Shown in pieces: positions 35,455 through 49,797 of a stretch of DNA of 53,126 bases. The notes under the pieces were generated by a model. That model saw only the letters and a list, made by a program, of their open reading frames with translations, ran no database searches and was not told where the DNA came from. Both the position numbers and the translations under genes were made by a program. Within the stretch, counting starts at the first letter, position 1, and each line of letters opens with the position of its first letter. Origin of the DNA: Perkinsus olseni (lineage: Eukaryota); contig JABANN010000205.1 of the NCBI GenBank assembly GCA_013115125.1, forward strand, positions 1 to 53,126, in the 5' to 3' direction.

Positions 35455-38280
35455 TTAACTCACCCTGATTGCTCCCGCCTTATCTCTACCAAACGAACCC
35501 GGCATGAACCGAGCAAGAAGGTGTAAGTGATCGCTGGGATAGGTCATCGACGGCAGCAGTGGACATGTTTCTGGCAACTCATTATACCCCAGTTTTCTTA
35601 TATCGCCCCCAAACCTGCACAGGCCACGTGGAGCTCGACTGAGGACATTGAAGCGCCGAAGAACCTACCAAATGTAATCAATGTGCCTGCGGATGACAGG
35701 CTTCCCTTTGCGCCGATGGTGCGTGGTAGGTCGGTACTCAGACTCTCCAATCGGGTATCTGCGGATGACGAGGATCATTGGTTGGTGTCATGAATCAGCA
35801 TGTGACTTGGAGAACCAATCCCCGTGTATGGGAGGGGATCGGGACACACAGTAGCCACCAACCAAGTCACCAAGCACACCGCGGAAGGTGCTTCTTCCCG
35901 AAATGATAGCAATCGATTGCTCACGCTGATTTCCATTCGGCAGCCTCTACAATGCTCTGGATACTCGCCTCGGGTGGCTCTGCGTTGAAGTCGCCACACA
36001 CGAGTACCTTCAATTGCATTACCGTAGCTCATGTTCTCGCGGAAACTCGAGCTGAGCTGTCCTTGACTCCCATTCAAAATAGACTGACAGACTCCGTTGG
36101 ATGGAGTGGTTAAGAATATTAAGATAACAGTCCGGAAAAGCCTGACGACACCCACCGATGCTTGATGTGTTGTCGCAGCCCTCTCGACCTTCTCGGCGAC
36201 CCATTTGAGCTGCTCTTCTCGACGCTTGCTTGCTTCCGGGGTCACGCCCGCTTTCAAGTGGATCGATGCCACGAGCAATTTCCAGGGTTCACCACCGTCC
36301 TACACGAGGCGGAGGGGTCACGATCCTCCAACTTGAAAGGGCTCACGTAACGAAGACGATCCCTGTGATGCTGAACTCCCTACATCGAATTCAGACTTGC
36401 GCTCAAGGAGAGCCATCGCTAGAGGGGCTCGCAGCTCGGTGTCGATCTCGGAGAGGTTCTCCACAAGACGCCATTCTTCTCTCTTATAGAACACGCAAGC
36501 TCCGTCACTGAGTTGAGACCGGCAGCACCCTCAAAACTCCTCACTCAAGCCTCCGTGACGACAAGGTCTCAGTCGAAGAGCCCGAGAAGAATGAGGTATC
36601 CTCGGCATTGATCGTTGGCCATTGCGAAACTCATCGAGTGGGCAGAATGCTTGCCACATCATACCCACCTAAACCAGCCCATTTTGAGTCCAGGAGCCCG
36701 GACTTTGTGTTGGAAGAGCCCATCATATCCGTGATCATTCAGCGTGGGGTACAGCCAATCGTGGAATCGATCAACTTCTTGCAGGCATAAAAGTGATGGC
36801 GACTCCCGTAGTATGACCTACGAAACCAAGCCTGATACGGGCTTCGGGGATTCGATTATCGAGTTTCGATAATCAAAACTTTCACAACAGGCCCAGAAGA
36901 AAAGCTGGTGGGCCATATTCATATTTTCACTTCTACTCCAGGAGGCTGTTGAAAGGCCACAATATACAGCCTTGGTAGAAGGCTTGGGTATAGCCGTCTC
37001 CCTTCATTCCTACTCTCAGCCGACCTATCGTACGCAGATCGATTGGGGTAGTTCAGTGTAGCGATTCGTCGCATGAATCAGAGTACGGGAAGGCTGAGTC
37101 TACTCGTATGGACCCCAATTCAACCTCGGATATATCCTCAATGTAGCTAAGCGCAGTGGTCGACCACAAAGTTCGGAGGCGGCCAGATGATTCTCACTGA
37201 TATGAGTTGTCCACTCCGCTCTTTCCACTCCATAAATTCGGTTCCGAAGGAGCCGAAATCGTTGCCGACGGAGCCGCAGTTAGAGTGCGGGAATGGGGTC
37301 TCAACTCCACATTGTTGTCGACATCCCGTGCCGGCTGAGGAATGAAGTTAACTCCGCACTTAAGATAGCGCAGGGGAATGTCGGTCACTCCAGCGTTTTC
37401 TTAATACGAGTGAGCTAAGGCGCTACTTCATATAAGATATCAAAAAACGCTATATTCGAAAATCAGTGTATCGCCATCCAGAAGAATCAGTTTGCTCGAG
37501 AGGCATGCGCGATCGTCAACGTCCACTTATCCAGCACCGGCTCGATCACGTAGCCATATCGCTTAAACCGAATCATGCTAGATATGCCGAGTGCTAGGAT
37601 GACATGTGTGCTGTCAATCACTTGCGAGGGTCCCTTCATGGGCTAAACGAGGTTCCCCAGCAGGTTCCGAACTGAGTCCCTGGGCCAGCACGTTCCATTG
37701 CATAACCTGCAAAGAACCGACTCCACTAGGCGAAGGTGAAGAGTTTCTTGTGTATCACTGGCAAGCTTACCGTGAATGACTGCTTCGGCTCACTGGGCGT
37801 AACTGATTAAGTTCATAATTCAGGTGAAACGCATTAAATGATTTAATTTAAATCTACTTTCACTCCAACGCCTCCCATCAATCTTTTCGGTTGCAACTTG
37901 GATGAGGGTTGTGGCATCGCTTTCAGGCGGCACTCTAACTTGATTGTGCCATACACAATTCACATCATTCTCCCCGTCTCCTAAGATCAACCTGGAAAGG
38001 GAAAGGGCAATCCGTAACGAGTTAATCCGAGTCGCCGCTATGGGCCTCCAAAAGGCCGTCTGAGAGTGCTATGGAGTAGCTAACGGTGAAGCACAGCCGA
38101 AGCCCTCTGTTATGGTCAAGTCCGTCTAACTAGAGCAACCCCTCACCGAGTTGCCGCATAGCATCCTCCCTTATGGGCTTTAGGGGGGAAGATCTTATAC
38201 CTGGGCAACATCCGAGTTACAAAGATATTTCATATCCTATTCGGGGGCTATAGAAGCCCTCACTCGATTTGAGTGTACAT
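35455..38280 (-). CDS. Nocturnin/CCR4-like EEP-family phosphatase
   Basis: The main EEP motifs occur in order: VMQWNVLAQGL, LCLQEVDRFHDWLYPTLNDHGYDG, DGACVFYK, SIHLKA, RHIDYIW and LPSMTYPSDHL. The 5' exons splice in frame from MYTQIE at 38280. Confidence 0.88.
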
Positions 38281-38340
38281 GAAGTATGAGATGAGAGTTA
38301 GATATATGAAACATTCACGCGACCTCATCCCGAGTGTGCG

Positions 38341-41300
38341 TTAACAAGCTGCTTTATCCTGAGAGCGATCCCTCAGCTCCCCAAGTGCATCACGTAGCTA
38401 GCTGTTGATTACGACAACCAGCAAGACGAAGGCCGTACTAGGAACCGGAACCGCCGAAATCCTACCTCGCTCCACCATCCATGTACTCTCGCTCGACGTG
38501 CATCTCCTCAATGCCCTTTAGCTCCAAGGATGTGGCCCGTATAACAGGTAATATGTACCTCATGATTGAACCGTTATGACTCCTCCCTGGCTGGGAGCCG
38601 GCCTTGCAGGTGGACCAATACCACATTGCCGGCAAATTCAGTTTAAATCAGAAGCACTACTGCGTCGGATATCATTGAAGTGAAACCATCCTCCTCGCCA
38701 CTCCGACTTTTTCACCTGTTAGAATATCTGCTATCAGCGGCCGCTGTCAAGCTGATAGTGGCAGGCTCCCCAGAGTGGCCACCATAAGGCAGAAAGCCGT
38801 CTTCAACGTGAACGGCAAAGCTCCCAGGCAATACCTGCACTATTGGTACAGCCAACCATCTTCGACATCAATTCCGGACTATGCTCAGAGTGATACGAGT
38901 ATAGAGCAAGCCCTCTGTAGTACAGAGTCTGTACGCTCCCAGAGAACCCGCAGAGCCAAGATGAGTACAAGATAAACAGTTACACGACCGGTCCGATATG
39001 CGAGACGGTCGGAAACGTCGACGAGCCATGTCGTCCTTTTTTATGCCACTGACAACATGCAACGCGCGAATGCTATAAAACAGGAATGCACGGAATCACA
39101 TCAACCTGCATGCACGCTTCCAGACACTCCAGAGAAAGTAATATATCCGATCGACGTATCGCCATCGTAACACCTTCAATCCAGCCTTCGCGACAACTAA
39201 ATTCCCCGACGCTCCAGGCCGCGTGACCTCGACAATCTGAGAAAACGAGGAAATAAGGAACTAGCCCACCAATGATCATCCTCCGCCTGACTCGCGTAGG
39301 TCTTTCGCTTGACATATCATCCCACAAGCCAGATTTGATCAGAACAAAAGGGTAGTAAATTTCAATTTAGAGTGAAGCACCGCTGACTTCATTGGCTCAC
39401 CTCAATCGCAGCGTTGCGGATACAAAGGGGATCGAGGGATTTCTTTACGAATGCTCGAAGATCGCCTAAGTCCACCTAGCAGAAACAGGTCATGGAGTAT
39501 TCTCGCATGCACCATGTAGAGATACTGACCTCGACGATAGAAGGCTCGATATCACGTGCTTCAGCCTCGTATCTATGAAACCAACCCCATCTGAGTCACC
39601 AAGCATAACGATGGACTGCTGGTGAGCCAGAGCGACTGTGGAAGCCTCACATCTCCGCTGCTCTCTCGACGCTTTTCGCAACAATGTCTAGCACGGCCGG
39701 AAGAAGTGACAACGAAGTACCGAGTACGACCTTCACCAGAGAACTCATACCGTGAAGCTCGTATCTGTTGGTGAGTGACACCCGGAAATCATATAAATAA
39801 GGCGTGAATGGACAGGCAGTAGGGAAGCATCCTTGAGTTTCGCTCGGCAAATGGTGTTTCTGAGGGACCGAGTAACGGCACTTACGCGGGAGTCTCTTCG
39901 ATGCCGTCTATCGTGAGTACGGCGCTCAACAACTGGAGCGATTCCTCGGACGTTGAAGCGGCTGCCTCAAAGATATATCCCACAGTCTAAAAAATGAAGA
40001 GGTCGGTACGGAACGCGGAAATCCAAAATATGTGAAAAAGCATTCGCAGGTACGGGTAACTTGTGTCCTTCGGAATCGCCCCGCAGCCGACTCGCAGGAA
40101 GATCAGCAACTCAGCAGCTGTTTCCTACCTCCGGATCAGCCACTTGACCCCACAGTAATATACGCCGAAACAGAATCGCGTGCTTGCTTACAACGGATTT
40201 CACGTGCGTGCTCTGATCAGACACAACGCGAGCTCTATCGCGAGATGGGAGGCCAACGGAAGGAGTGCTCGGTACCGAAACCGTGCATCGCTTCGACGAG
40301 ATCCTACATCATGGTAGTGCTCCTCGAAATCGTCCATGAGCTTAGTTGTCCGGTAGTTCTACACAAATTGAGCTAGCAGATTGCCGAGCAGCCTATTGGA
40401 TAGGCTCTATTCCCTACTAAAGCCTTCACTGCTTCGTCTCTATCATCTTTGGTAGTCAGAGCTTTCACACCCGCGCGGTAAGTTTCCGGTGCGTCCTCTG
40501 CCAAGCGGCATTGATCGGCCAGCATAGCTCGTCTGTGCACCGCAGTCACCAGCGTTTAGCCGTCACGGTCTCACATCGCAACGTGCTTCGCCATCTCTGA
40601 TGATCTAATGAGAGGCATGATTCGGGCACTGCAGCACTCGCCAGTAACAAACAACTTCACTATGTTGAGCTCCTGAAGCTTGTTGAAGGTTGCTGAAGGA
40701 TTGAGAGTGCAAGTAATATACTGTAGCAAGCCGTCAGGGTGCAGCCCATCATCCACGAGACACATTGACGAGCAGACTCCCCATTTGGATGTGATTGCTG
40801 TGAGTCAGAGCAAGTTATGTTATTCACCTGCCGACTGAGGATTGACCATGGTGGTTCTGATGTGATCGGCAACATCCTCGGTAGACTGGAAGAAGAAAGT
40901 CAGCAAAGTGTCCCGCACCTACAAAAAGAATGTTGGAATAGAACCGCACAGATTGCTCTCATACGACGATCAAGGCCTGCACGCAATCGATGTATTACGT
41001 GGTCTCCCGTCGTTGAGCTGTTGCCTGACGATAGGTCCGTTACTAGCCTGAAGGGACAGTTCCCTCAATCACAGGATCACGAAATCCGAGGTGTCATGCC
41101 CGTACTTTAATTCCACCAAAAACTCCTCCACATGCTTATCCGATTGTTCCAGGGGTATCTACAGGTACCAGTATCGTGGAAATAGTCATGCGCTCTAGCA
41201 CTCACTTTGAAGCAGTCTCGCACATCCCGTACCTCAACTCTCTCGCCTGCGAGCAGCCTTTGGCAAAGTCCTCTTTCCTCAGTAAGTTCGACCGACGCCA

Positions 41301-42443
41301 CCTGCGTTCTCGAAGACTCAAACGCCGAGTCAGCCTGCGAGATTACCGTACCGAGGATCTCACCGAGTCCGCGCTCTCGATCTCTATTTCTTCGAGCTCG
41401 ATCCTAATCGGAGAGTCGATTCACGGTGAATCATTCACCAGAACCCAGTCAAGCGCCGCGAGAGTGTGGCAGCCCCCGGGGAATTTCCTGCCTCCTGCCA
41501 ATCAAAAATCTAGCAGAAACGGAGCCGCAGTGCTCGTCTGATCAAGCAAAAGAAGCGGGACTTGGCTTCGCACGCCAGAGTCGATGGCTGCGACGAAGAG
41601 ATTCTATCCGAAGATCGGCAGGGGCGCTTACCCTGGTTCGTCTTTCGGCGGAGCGACATCTCGAGCTACCACGCCTGAGATGGCACCAAAGTCTCAACCG
41701 AACTATGGAATCTCGCACATATTCCGAGACAGGTTCTAGCTTCTTCATGCCAGTTCAATTTGCCACGGCTTCGCATCTCGCCTTCGTTCATAACCCGCCA
41801 ATGCTCATCACTAGGGAAGGGCTCCTAAATTAGCTGCTAGGCGATGTCCCAGCGCTCCAGCGGTTGCTATCTAGCATCCTCTCACCTGCCCTTTGCTGAA
41901 GTCGAAAACGCTAGCCCACTCGTTACGAGCCACAGCTAAACCAGCCTCAGCCATCAGCTCATTGAAAGCTTTCGTGAGCTCCTGGCATCACGACATGACG
42001 TCAGTCTGGCGTGTGTAGGTGAATTGTAACTCCATGCAGTGCAGAGGCCACAGAGAGAGCCGCAGTGCGAATTCAACGCGGAAAGCACCTTTGGTATTTC
42101 CAGGGGTCCGAAGATCATATGCTGCGAGCTTTCAACAATGGGATGGCCGGGTATTTGCAGAAGAAGTTCGCATTCGCGACCTAGCAAGGAAATATTTCGA
42201 TAAATAGCCGCCGAACGGCGCAACACAACAAACGGATCGGTCCCAGCTAAGGCCCCCCCCCTGACCGATTGCCAGAGGATGCAAGCTCACTCGAACAAAA
42301 TACTTACAGTCTCTAGTTCGCAACTGCTGGCAGAGTGCCATGAGACGGACCCTTGAACAATCTCGTAGAAATACAGAACCTCCAACCGGCCCCACAAAAA
42401 TTGTACCTGGAAGGCCGCCGGTGACCGACCCTGGAGGGCTCAT
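38341..42443 (-). CDS. Large multi-exon hypothetical protein (Leu/Cys-rich, probably helical)
   Basis: A chain of GT-AG-bounded coding segments runs from MSPPGSVTGGLP (42443) to LRDALGELRDRSQDKAAC* (38341). No family was recognised and not every junction was verified. Confidence 0.55.
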
Positions 42444-43731
42444 GTGTCCGGCGTCAAGGTAAGGAGAACGAACGGCTTAAGCACTTATCGAAAGGGACTC
42501 ACGGCCCCAACGCCTTTCGTGACGGCGAAACACTCGAAACACTTGTTATCCGACGTTGAATCGTCGAACGAACGTTGTCAATACCCATTGACTCTTAGGA
42601 ATCAAGCACTATCTGCGGGCCATCAATCCTCGTACGCTTACAGTCCTTGCAATCATCTATGAAGACTTGTGAAGTGTGGTCGAAGAGGTAAATCTCGCAA
42701 CTTTCACATCCGTCGATACCTACGAGTCAAAGCGTTTTCTCATCCTTCGAGTTCGTGCTTCGACTAGTGAACGCATCAATCTTACTAAAATCATATCCGC
42801 GAATATCTCCTCGCTTGCGAACCAGTTTATCGCTGACTTTGCTGGTGAAGATGAAGTCCTTAGGGTCTGGTCGAGCAACGTCGTTGGAGGCGGGCATCTT
42901 CGAAATCGCCAAATTAGAGGATGTAATCTTAATTTCAGGATTGAATTCCAAATCTTGAGCTTAGTGGGGCGGGTGGCTTTGGCATGAGAGTTGAGATAAG
43001 TTTTCCGTGCCCTCCCTTGACGAGGGGATTTTGCGGGACATAGTCGTTGACGCGTACGCGTGACCAGATGATGTTAATTAACTTGCATATCGAACTAAGT
43101 CGAAGGTTCGCCTCAAAGGAAGAACTGAAGTTTTTTTTGCATGACGAGCAGTCCAACGTCCTTCGGGAGAGGAAGCATACGTTTGGTAGCCATTTTTCTG
43201 TCCCTTCGATTGGTGGTCCGCTTGTTCCGTCCAGAACCTAGCTCGTAATGTTCGTGGCGCTAACGTACCAAAAGGCTAAGAGATGGAGGGCATGCGTAGC
43301 AATCACAGCCGCAATTTGGATGAAATAGAACTCAACAGCAGGTGTGAACCCGGATAGAGCAGCACAGAAGGCACAACAAGTTAGCATCCTCGCCGCAGTG
43401 AAGACCGTGAGCATTATGGTTGTATCTCGCGCCCGTTGAAACCCAGGGGGGCCCTCGGAAGGGCTCATATATATGATATGACAGTCGCCTGAGCTCGGCT
43501 GAGAGAGAAGCGAGGACTGAGATCCGCCATGGAAATGTGCGACCATTTCGAGCGGCTCAGCATCCCACCTTTCCAGCAGCACGCTTGGCACTCCCAGGGC
43601 GCGCTACTTGGCGCCCACATGAGCGCGAGCCATTTCCGCCCGAAAACTGGTCGCACGTTGTCGTTGAGCTCTTTGTCTAAGTTCAGCAAACCGGGAATCG
43701 AAATATCAGCTTATACAATAAAACTTTCTAA

Positions 43732-44865
43732 ATGAGAGTCATTCAATCTATTCCCGCCGCTCTGGCCATCTTCGCCGTCTCCCAAGCCGAAGGCATCAAG
43801 ACGTACCAGTCTTCAACCGACGATGATGGCGATGACTCAGGAGTTGCCAACTCGACTTCTCAGTATGAGGAAGTGGACAACGACGCTTCAGACGATATGG
43901 ACTGGGGGTCGGACCTCGACGGCTATGCTAAGGATGATTTCGACGAGGGCGATACTCAGCAAGAAGTCAACGCTAAACACGTGGCTTGGAAGAAGAAAGC
44001 CGCCGAAAAGGAGACGAAGAGGTTGGAGGAGAGGAAGCAGTGGCAAGCGAGCTTCGCAAACAAGGTGCGTGGCTCAGTCTAGATATAACTGACGAACTGA
44101 CTATCATATGCTATGTAGTTCAGCCTAGGAAGGAGAACTGCCGGCCCTCTTGCATCGCTCTCCTCTCAGACACAGGAAGTCACTGAAAGCCTAGACTTCC
44201 CAAACGATGTCCCGCCAGTTCCTGAGCTGGATTCGGCCCGAGAGGCCAGCGACGACGCCGAGAACGACTCTTCTGAGGACGGAACGGACTCTGCTCCATC
44301 TCCAGGGGGCACCACCCCAGGAAGCGGGGACTCTGATGGGGACGCCGGAGATGATCAGGCAGCTGGAGAAAATCCCCCTGCTGAAGGTAGGTAGTGCGTC
44401 GCTGCCAACATTCAGTCGATGAATCTCCGACCGGCTCCAAGACTCAGAGTCCGAGTTGCTGAACGACCCCAGATGCTTTTTCAGGCCGCGAGGTAGACGA
44501 GGGAGGCGTTGAAGCAACCCCATCTGAGAGCTACATTCAAGAAGCGGCCCCTGTTAGCAGCAACTCTACGGTCGAGGCCACTGATCGTTCCTTCCACGAG
44601 GGACCGAAAGCGAGTCAAACGGGCCGTTCAGCCCCGAAGAATAAGCATCATCCGGCGAAGGCCGCGAAAGCCAACAGCTTCGTGGACCTCGATGTTATGC
44701 ACCCCTTAGTATCTGATGGAGCGGTGGGTGGAAACAGAGAGTCGGTGTAATGATAATGCTCATGGCTTTGCATTTCAGATGATCAAGCACGCGCAGAAAG
44801 TCCTGAAAGGCTTCGAGGTGCTACAAGATAGAGTCCACAAGTTGGGGCAGCTTGCAAACTTCTGA
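43732..44865 (+). CDS. Secreted acidic low-complexity protein
   Basis: Signal-peptide-like MRVIQSIPAALAIFAVSQAEG, D/E/S-rich tracts, a basic helix WKKKAAEKETKRLEERKQW and last exon MIKHAQKVLKGFEVLQDRVHKLGQLANF*. Confidence 0.75.
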
Positions 44866-45867
44866 GAGTGAGAGCGTTGGTCACGTTCAGAGCTAGCATG
44901 AATATCGCAAAGAAGTCGAACGAGAGTAAATCAATTTTTGAGTTGGTATCAGTGACATAATCGGGAGCTACCCCGAGGAAACATGGAGCAAGAGAACAAA
45001 ATATTGGCTTCTATGTAAAATTCTCGCAGGCGTCACGAAACGAACGAAAGCAGCAAACATTACAACGGGGACTGTAAGAGAAGCCCCTCTGATAAAGGGG
45101 CTGGTAGGAAGATTAGGAAAGTGAGCTTAAAGGGACCGATCTTTCAAATCTCTTTGTGCCTCCAGGACTCCCATCCCCTCTGTATAGCCCTAAGGGGAGC
45201 AAAACTGCGAGTTCACCTGGAGACCATGCTCACCGGCTCATTCCTTCTAGTTTGAATGGGGGCGAGAGAGACATAAAGAGCCGAAGATCGAAGGCCGCTC
45301 CCCCAAGAAGTCCTCTGTTTCTAGAAGGCCGACAGGGGCGGCGTAAGTAAAATGCCGGCACCCTCAATCAATTATGCCAATGCAAAGGCTTTCGTCAGTC
45401 GAATTATTTAACGACGAACTGCATCTGGTTGACTGTTGGTAACGAGCAGCCTCGCGAGTCAGACAGCTCCACTCGGACCAAGGTAACACGACAAATGAGC
45501 TCAATGCGGGGATTAACGAAGGTTCGACAGATCAGTCGCGAAGTTTGCATTGGACCATGCACTATCACATTCCGTGTGAACGACAGATTCGTCTTGAAGG
45601 TTCGTACCGGAGGAGGACGTTTCGTCTCAGTCCTGGAGGAGAAGCGAGCGTAGATCAACCATTCAATGTGGTCCAGACCGCGTTCTGGGAAACGCCGGTG
45701 AACACTTGAACTCGAATCCAAAGCTCCCAACCGCGACACGGCTTAAGAAGGGGTAAGACTCTCACTGATGGTAATCAGGAGAGCTCACTACATCAGATCT
45801 ATTATGAATACGTTGGTGATACATGCTTAAAGATAAAAATTCATCTTCATACAAATGAGTGGTATCG

Positions 45868-47700
45868 TCAACTTGGTAGCCTGAGCAAGCGCGCAATAGT
45901 CGTGAGGACGTGCTCCCCGCGACATGAGCACAGCGGACCTCCCTACAACACGGCGAGCCTACTTGGCACTTGAGATAGCGGTGAGGACTCCAGGCGGCTG
46001 CAGAGAGTCGGGCAACAACTGCATCCTTAGAAAGTAGCCACCCATACGCAGACCTGGCGAGAACTTCCAGCCTCATTAATACTGATAGGAGATCCAACCG
46101 TTCAATTTCCGAATCGCGTTCAGCGCGTCTCGCTTAGTTCTGAACATGGCCGAACTCCAGGTAGCATCCGGGCCGATGACCAGTGACGAGAGCATTATGC
46201 CTGAAGACGGCATAAAATTCGACTTTCAAAAGAAGCTTCATCTAACTCACCAGGATGCTCTTTAAGATGCTTAGCGAGAGCCTCTTGACGGGCTGAGTTG
46301 AATATCACAGGTTCGAAAGCTGTGACATCTTCTCCCTTTGGTGCTAAGAGAGGAGCATTCACGCACAGGCTATATATACCACGAGCACAAAGTGAGTCAC
46401 ATGGCTTTCTTTCAGGAGATTCATGACCCGGCGTGGCAGCCAATTGCTCGAATGCCACAGGAGCGAGCTGGGAAGCAGCGAACTGTGTCATACAAGATAA
46501 TTGGAAGGGCGCGGGCCCCGGCAGTAACTGAAAATAAGTATATAGAAACTCACCACAATCCGGAGCTACGATGAGCTTACCCCCTTTTTCGGGAGGTTGC
46601 GGCACTCAGGGCGCCACGGCTTGATGTGTAGGGTAGTTTCCTTCTCACCAGGTACCACTTGAATCCCTGTCCCGGAAATATGCATGTAATCCGGGTGAGC
46701 GGATATTTTCGCCCACCATGGAATCGCCGTATAATCTCACTGGCCGTCCCCTCGGTGTCAAATCGAATGACCGCTATCCCGCGGAAACGAGCATCACCTG
46801 AACCGGAAAAAAACCTCATAAATAACGACCGACCGATCGACCACTGGACGAGCAGGAATCCCACCTTGTGAGCTGTCCGCCGAGGTCTCTCGAAGCATCC
46901 GAACACTCTCGATGCGATCCGAAAACTCCGGCCCGAAGAGGACATCCCTGGGAAGTTTGAGATGATAACGAACGTTTAACGTCCCCGGATGTGACCATCT
47001 CGAGAACGACAAATCCTCACTAGACACGTTTGCGCGCTTATCTCAACTGTATTATTGCTTTCATTAAATTCAGCTCACGGCAACTCACGTTGATTACTTT
47101 ATGTGCTCCTCAGTAAAGTTAACTGGGATACCGGAGACAAACAGGTTCGAGTGAATGTTGGCCTTCCATGCCGGTCTCCCGACGGACACCTGAATGATGA
47201 GCCGTCAGAAACTGTGAGCTCGAAGAGCAATGCGATAGTAGCTCGTAACTACCAACCTTGATACGCTTCTTTCCGTTGTCACCCTCGTTCGGGCCACACT
47301 CAATTTCTCGACCATTGACCGCTCCCATGGCCCGACGGGCACTCTCATTGTCCCGATAGTTGACGAACCCAAAACCCATGGAGCTACCCGTATGCCTCTC
47401 ACGAACCTGGGAGAAGCACATGAGCCACTCATGATGAGTGGTTTTCGGAACTTCTTGTCAAGCAGACCGGGATTGCCCGTGAATGAGTGAGCGAGCCAGC
47501 GAGACTAAAGTTCTGCGGGAGTATATTCAGCCGAGGGCAATATAGTGGGGGCCACACGGAGCGAAGAAATGCTCGAGGGATGAAGCAAGCCTTACTATTT
47601 TGACGCTTTGTATCGGGCCAAAGGGCTCGAACATTGCGAACAAAGCATCTTCCTCCATCTTGGTGGGGAGATAGTTGACGATCAGGTTTGAGCGATCCAT
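45868..47700 (-). CDS. ELAV/Sex-lethal-like RNA-binding protein (two RRMs plus a degenerate third); 3' end approximate
   Basis: RRM1 reads MDRSNLIVNYLP..FGPIQSVKI|VRERHTGSSMGFGFVNY. RRM2 reads SNLFVSGIP..RGIAVIRFD. The RRM3-like part reads DALNAIRKLN|GLRMGGYFLRMQL. Confidence 0.8.
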
Positions 47701-47947
47701 ACTGGAGGTGCTGCGCTCGAAGGGGTCAGAGTAAACGAAACTGCCAAAAATGGCGAATAACGTAGCCGGTCAATGAGAGGCGGCCACGCATGGATGGCAG
47801 TGGAAAATACACGAAGTACTCCGGCAATGGGACAAGAGGGTCGATCTATCGCGATAGAAGACAACGAACCAAACCCAGCTTTATTGACCGCGCAACCTCC
47901 AGCACGCAAAACAGAAATGATGGCTGTTGAGTAGCAAAGCTGATCAT

Positions 47948-49200
47948 TTACGACGAATGAGTTTTTCTGCGGACTATGTCAGCCAGCGCGAACATAGGGA
48001 GCAGCACGGCCAAGCAGGCTGCCACTTCCACCTGAACGGAGAAAGCTACTTCTGTACTCGCTCGCCAGTTTACAAGCGAGGGCTTCGCGGCCATTCGAAA
48101 GGTTCCACCTGGAACCATTCTGATCGAAATTATTATTACAAAGCTAGTTGCTCCCATGTATTGTCCGGTTGAGTCTTTCGTATACTGCAACAGCGACAGT
48201 GTCATCACCACTGCGATCAATGATCCACCGACAACATCGAGAACCTATACAACATTGGCTACCGAGGTCGGTTCATCACCTTGTAATGCCTCACATTGTG
48301 AGCATGGAAATATACTCGACCAAAGCCTGACAGTGCGGCCAAAAGCAGCGCTAATATGCCCGCTGGAGAGTCCAAACCTGAACGAGCAAAGAATTAGTCT
48401 GATGGTGCAGGTCATGTTGATCAAGTGACCTATTGAGCAGCTCAATTTGAGCCCAAAATACTCCTACCTCTCAGAGCAATAACTGATACAGCAAACATCG
48501 TGGATTCACAAGCATCACCAGAAGGGAAAGACTCGTCACCTGAGCAAGACCTTGAAGATTCAAGCAGACTATAAGAGGACTCTTACTCTCGATTTTCATA
48601 TCCCTGAAGGTTTTGGATACAAATGGCACAGGACGATAAACTTGCGAAAGAGGGTGATCTCCCGTATCCCATTTCGCAATGCAAGGCCTGCAGAACGGCG
48701 CCATCTCGGATCCACATGGGGCAATATGTGGTACTGGTCATACCTGTCTCTTCTAACAAATCTTTTTAGCAGCAGGACAACCGACTGTTCAGCGCTGGTA
48801 CAGAGGCAGAAGAAGTTTGAAACCCCCACGGCATATGGAGACAGGAACAGCCTTACTAGTATGCTGATAAAAACCAGAACCCCATCATCACCAATCACGT
48901 CAACGGAATTGGCACTCACTTGTTGACGTAGAAGAAGAGGCCTCGAAGAGACCGCATCCACTTTTCTGAGATCTTTCCATGCAGAACCCGAGTGAAAAAC
49001 GGCAAAAACAGAAGCCACTGGGGCAAGATAACACATACAAAATAGCTGAAACGCACCAAACAGGCGTATGTATCACCTCATGCACTACAGCGGCAGCGTT
49101 GAAGTCTTACCTTGGCGTTATCTCTTGGGGAATTGTCATCATCATGAAGAGGGTATAGACGAGGGACCCTACTATGTCCACAACGCCAAACACGGTACCT
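47948..49200 (-). CDS. Hypothetical multi-pass membrane protein; exon structure unresolved
   Basis: Several hydrophobic exon-like segments (TVFGVVDIVGSLVYTLFMMM, VTSLSLLVMLVNP, VAACLAVLLPMFALADIVRRK*) with splice sites. Confidence 0.35.
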
Positions 49201-49797
49201 GACTAGGAACGTTCAGTCACAGCGAGTTGAGCTGTATCGTTATTTAGAACCGATCTCCGTGTAGTCTCCGCGTGATTCGGAGATTTTTCAGGTGGACTAA
49301 GTCCACTTCCAAAATGGCTTGACGAACAGCAAGCCCGCCCAACAACCACATTTTCCCCTTCAACAAATCGTCAATTACTACCCGAGTATATTAAGATAGA
49401 ATCAGCTACATATCCAAGCTCAAGTGTCTGTATTGGCCAAGTAAGACGGTCATCAAGTCGAACCAACCGACCCGTCGAAGTCATACCAAATGTGATTCGC
49501 TCTACAAACGTGAGTCAAATCTTCCTTCAAAACCTGGAGAAACGAAAATTAGGGGCCAAGTGAGAACTTCGCAAGAGCGTGATAGCCCTGAGGCTTCTGC
49601 TGTGGTCGTCGATGCATGCGACGAGAGCACGACAACCAACTGAGACGGCAATGAAGGCGCCTTCGCTACAACATCAATCTTGCCCCTTGCCCCCTTCCAT
49701 GTCATTAAAGACCTCTCTCGGACACGCAATACTATACTAGGTCACGTAACGAAGGTTCGAAGAAACGAAGGAACGCTAATTGAGGCTGTTTAGGACT

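Noticed and set aside
37548-37570. ACGTAGCCATATCGCTTAAA as a relict spliced-leader sequence
   Set aside because: Only the short CGTAGCCAT core matches, the 3' part GGCTCAAG is missing, and it is antisense inside a gene.
37803-38343. Fusion of the large hypothetical gene with the nocturnin-like gene
   Set aside because: The upstream gene appears to stop at TAA 38341-38343, and a separate ATG at 38280 splices in frame to the EEP domain.
42660-43690. Several 70-117 aa ORFs, one with hydrophobic segments
   Set aside because: No consistent spliced model or recognisable motif could be built, so the region was left uncalled.
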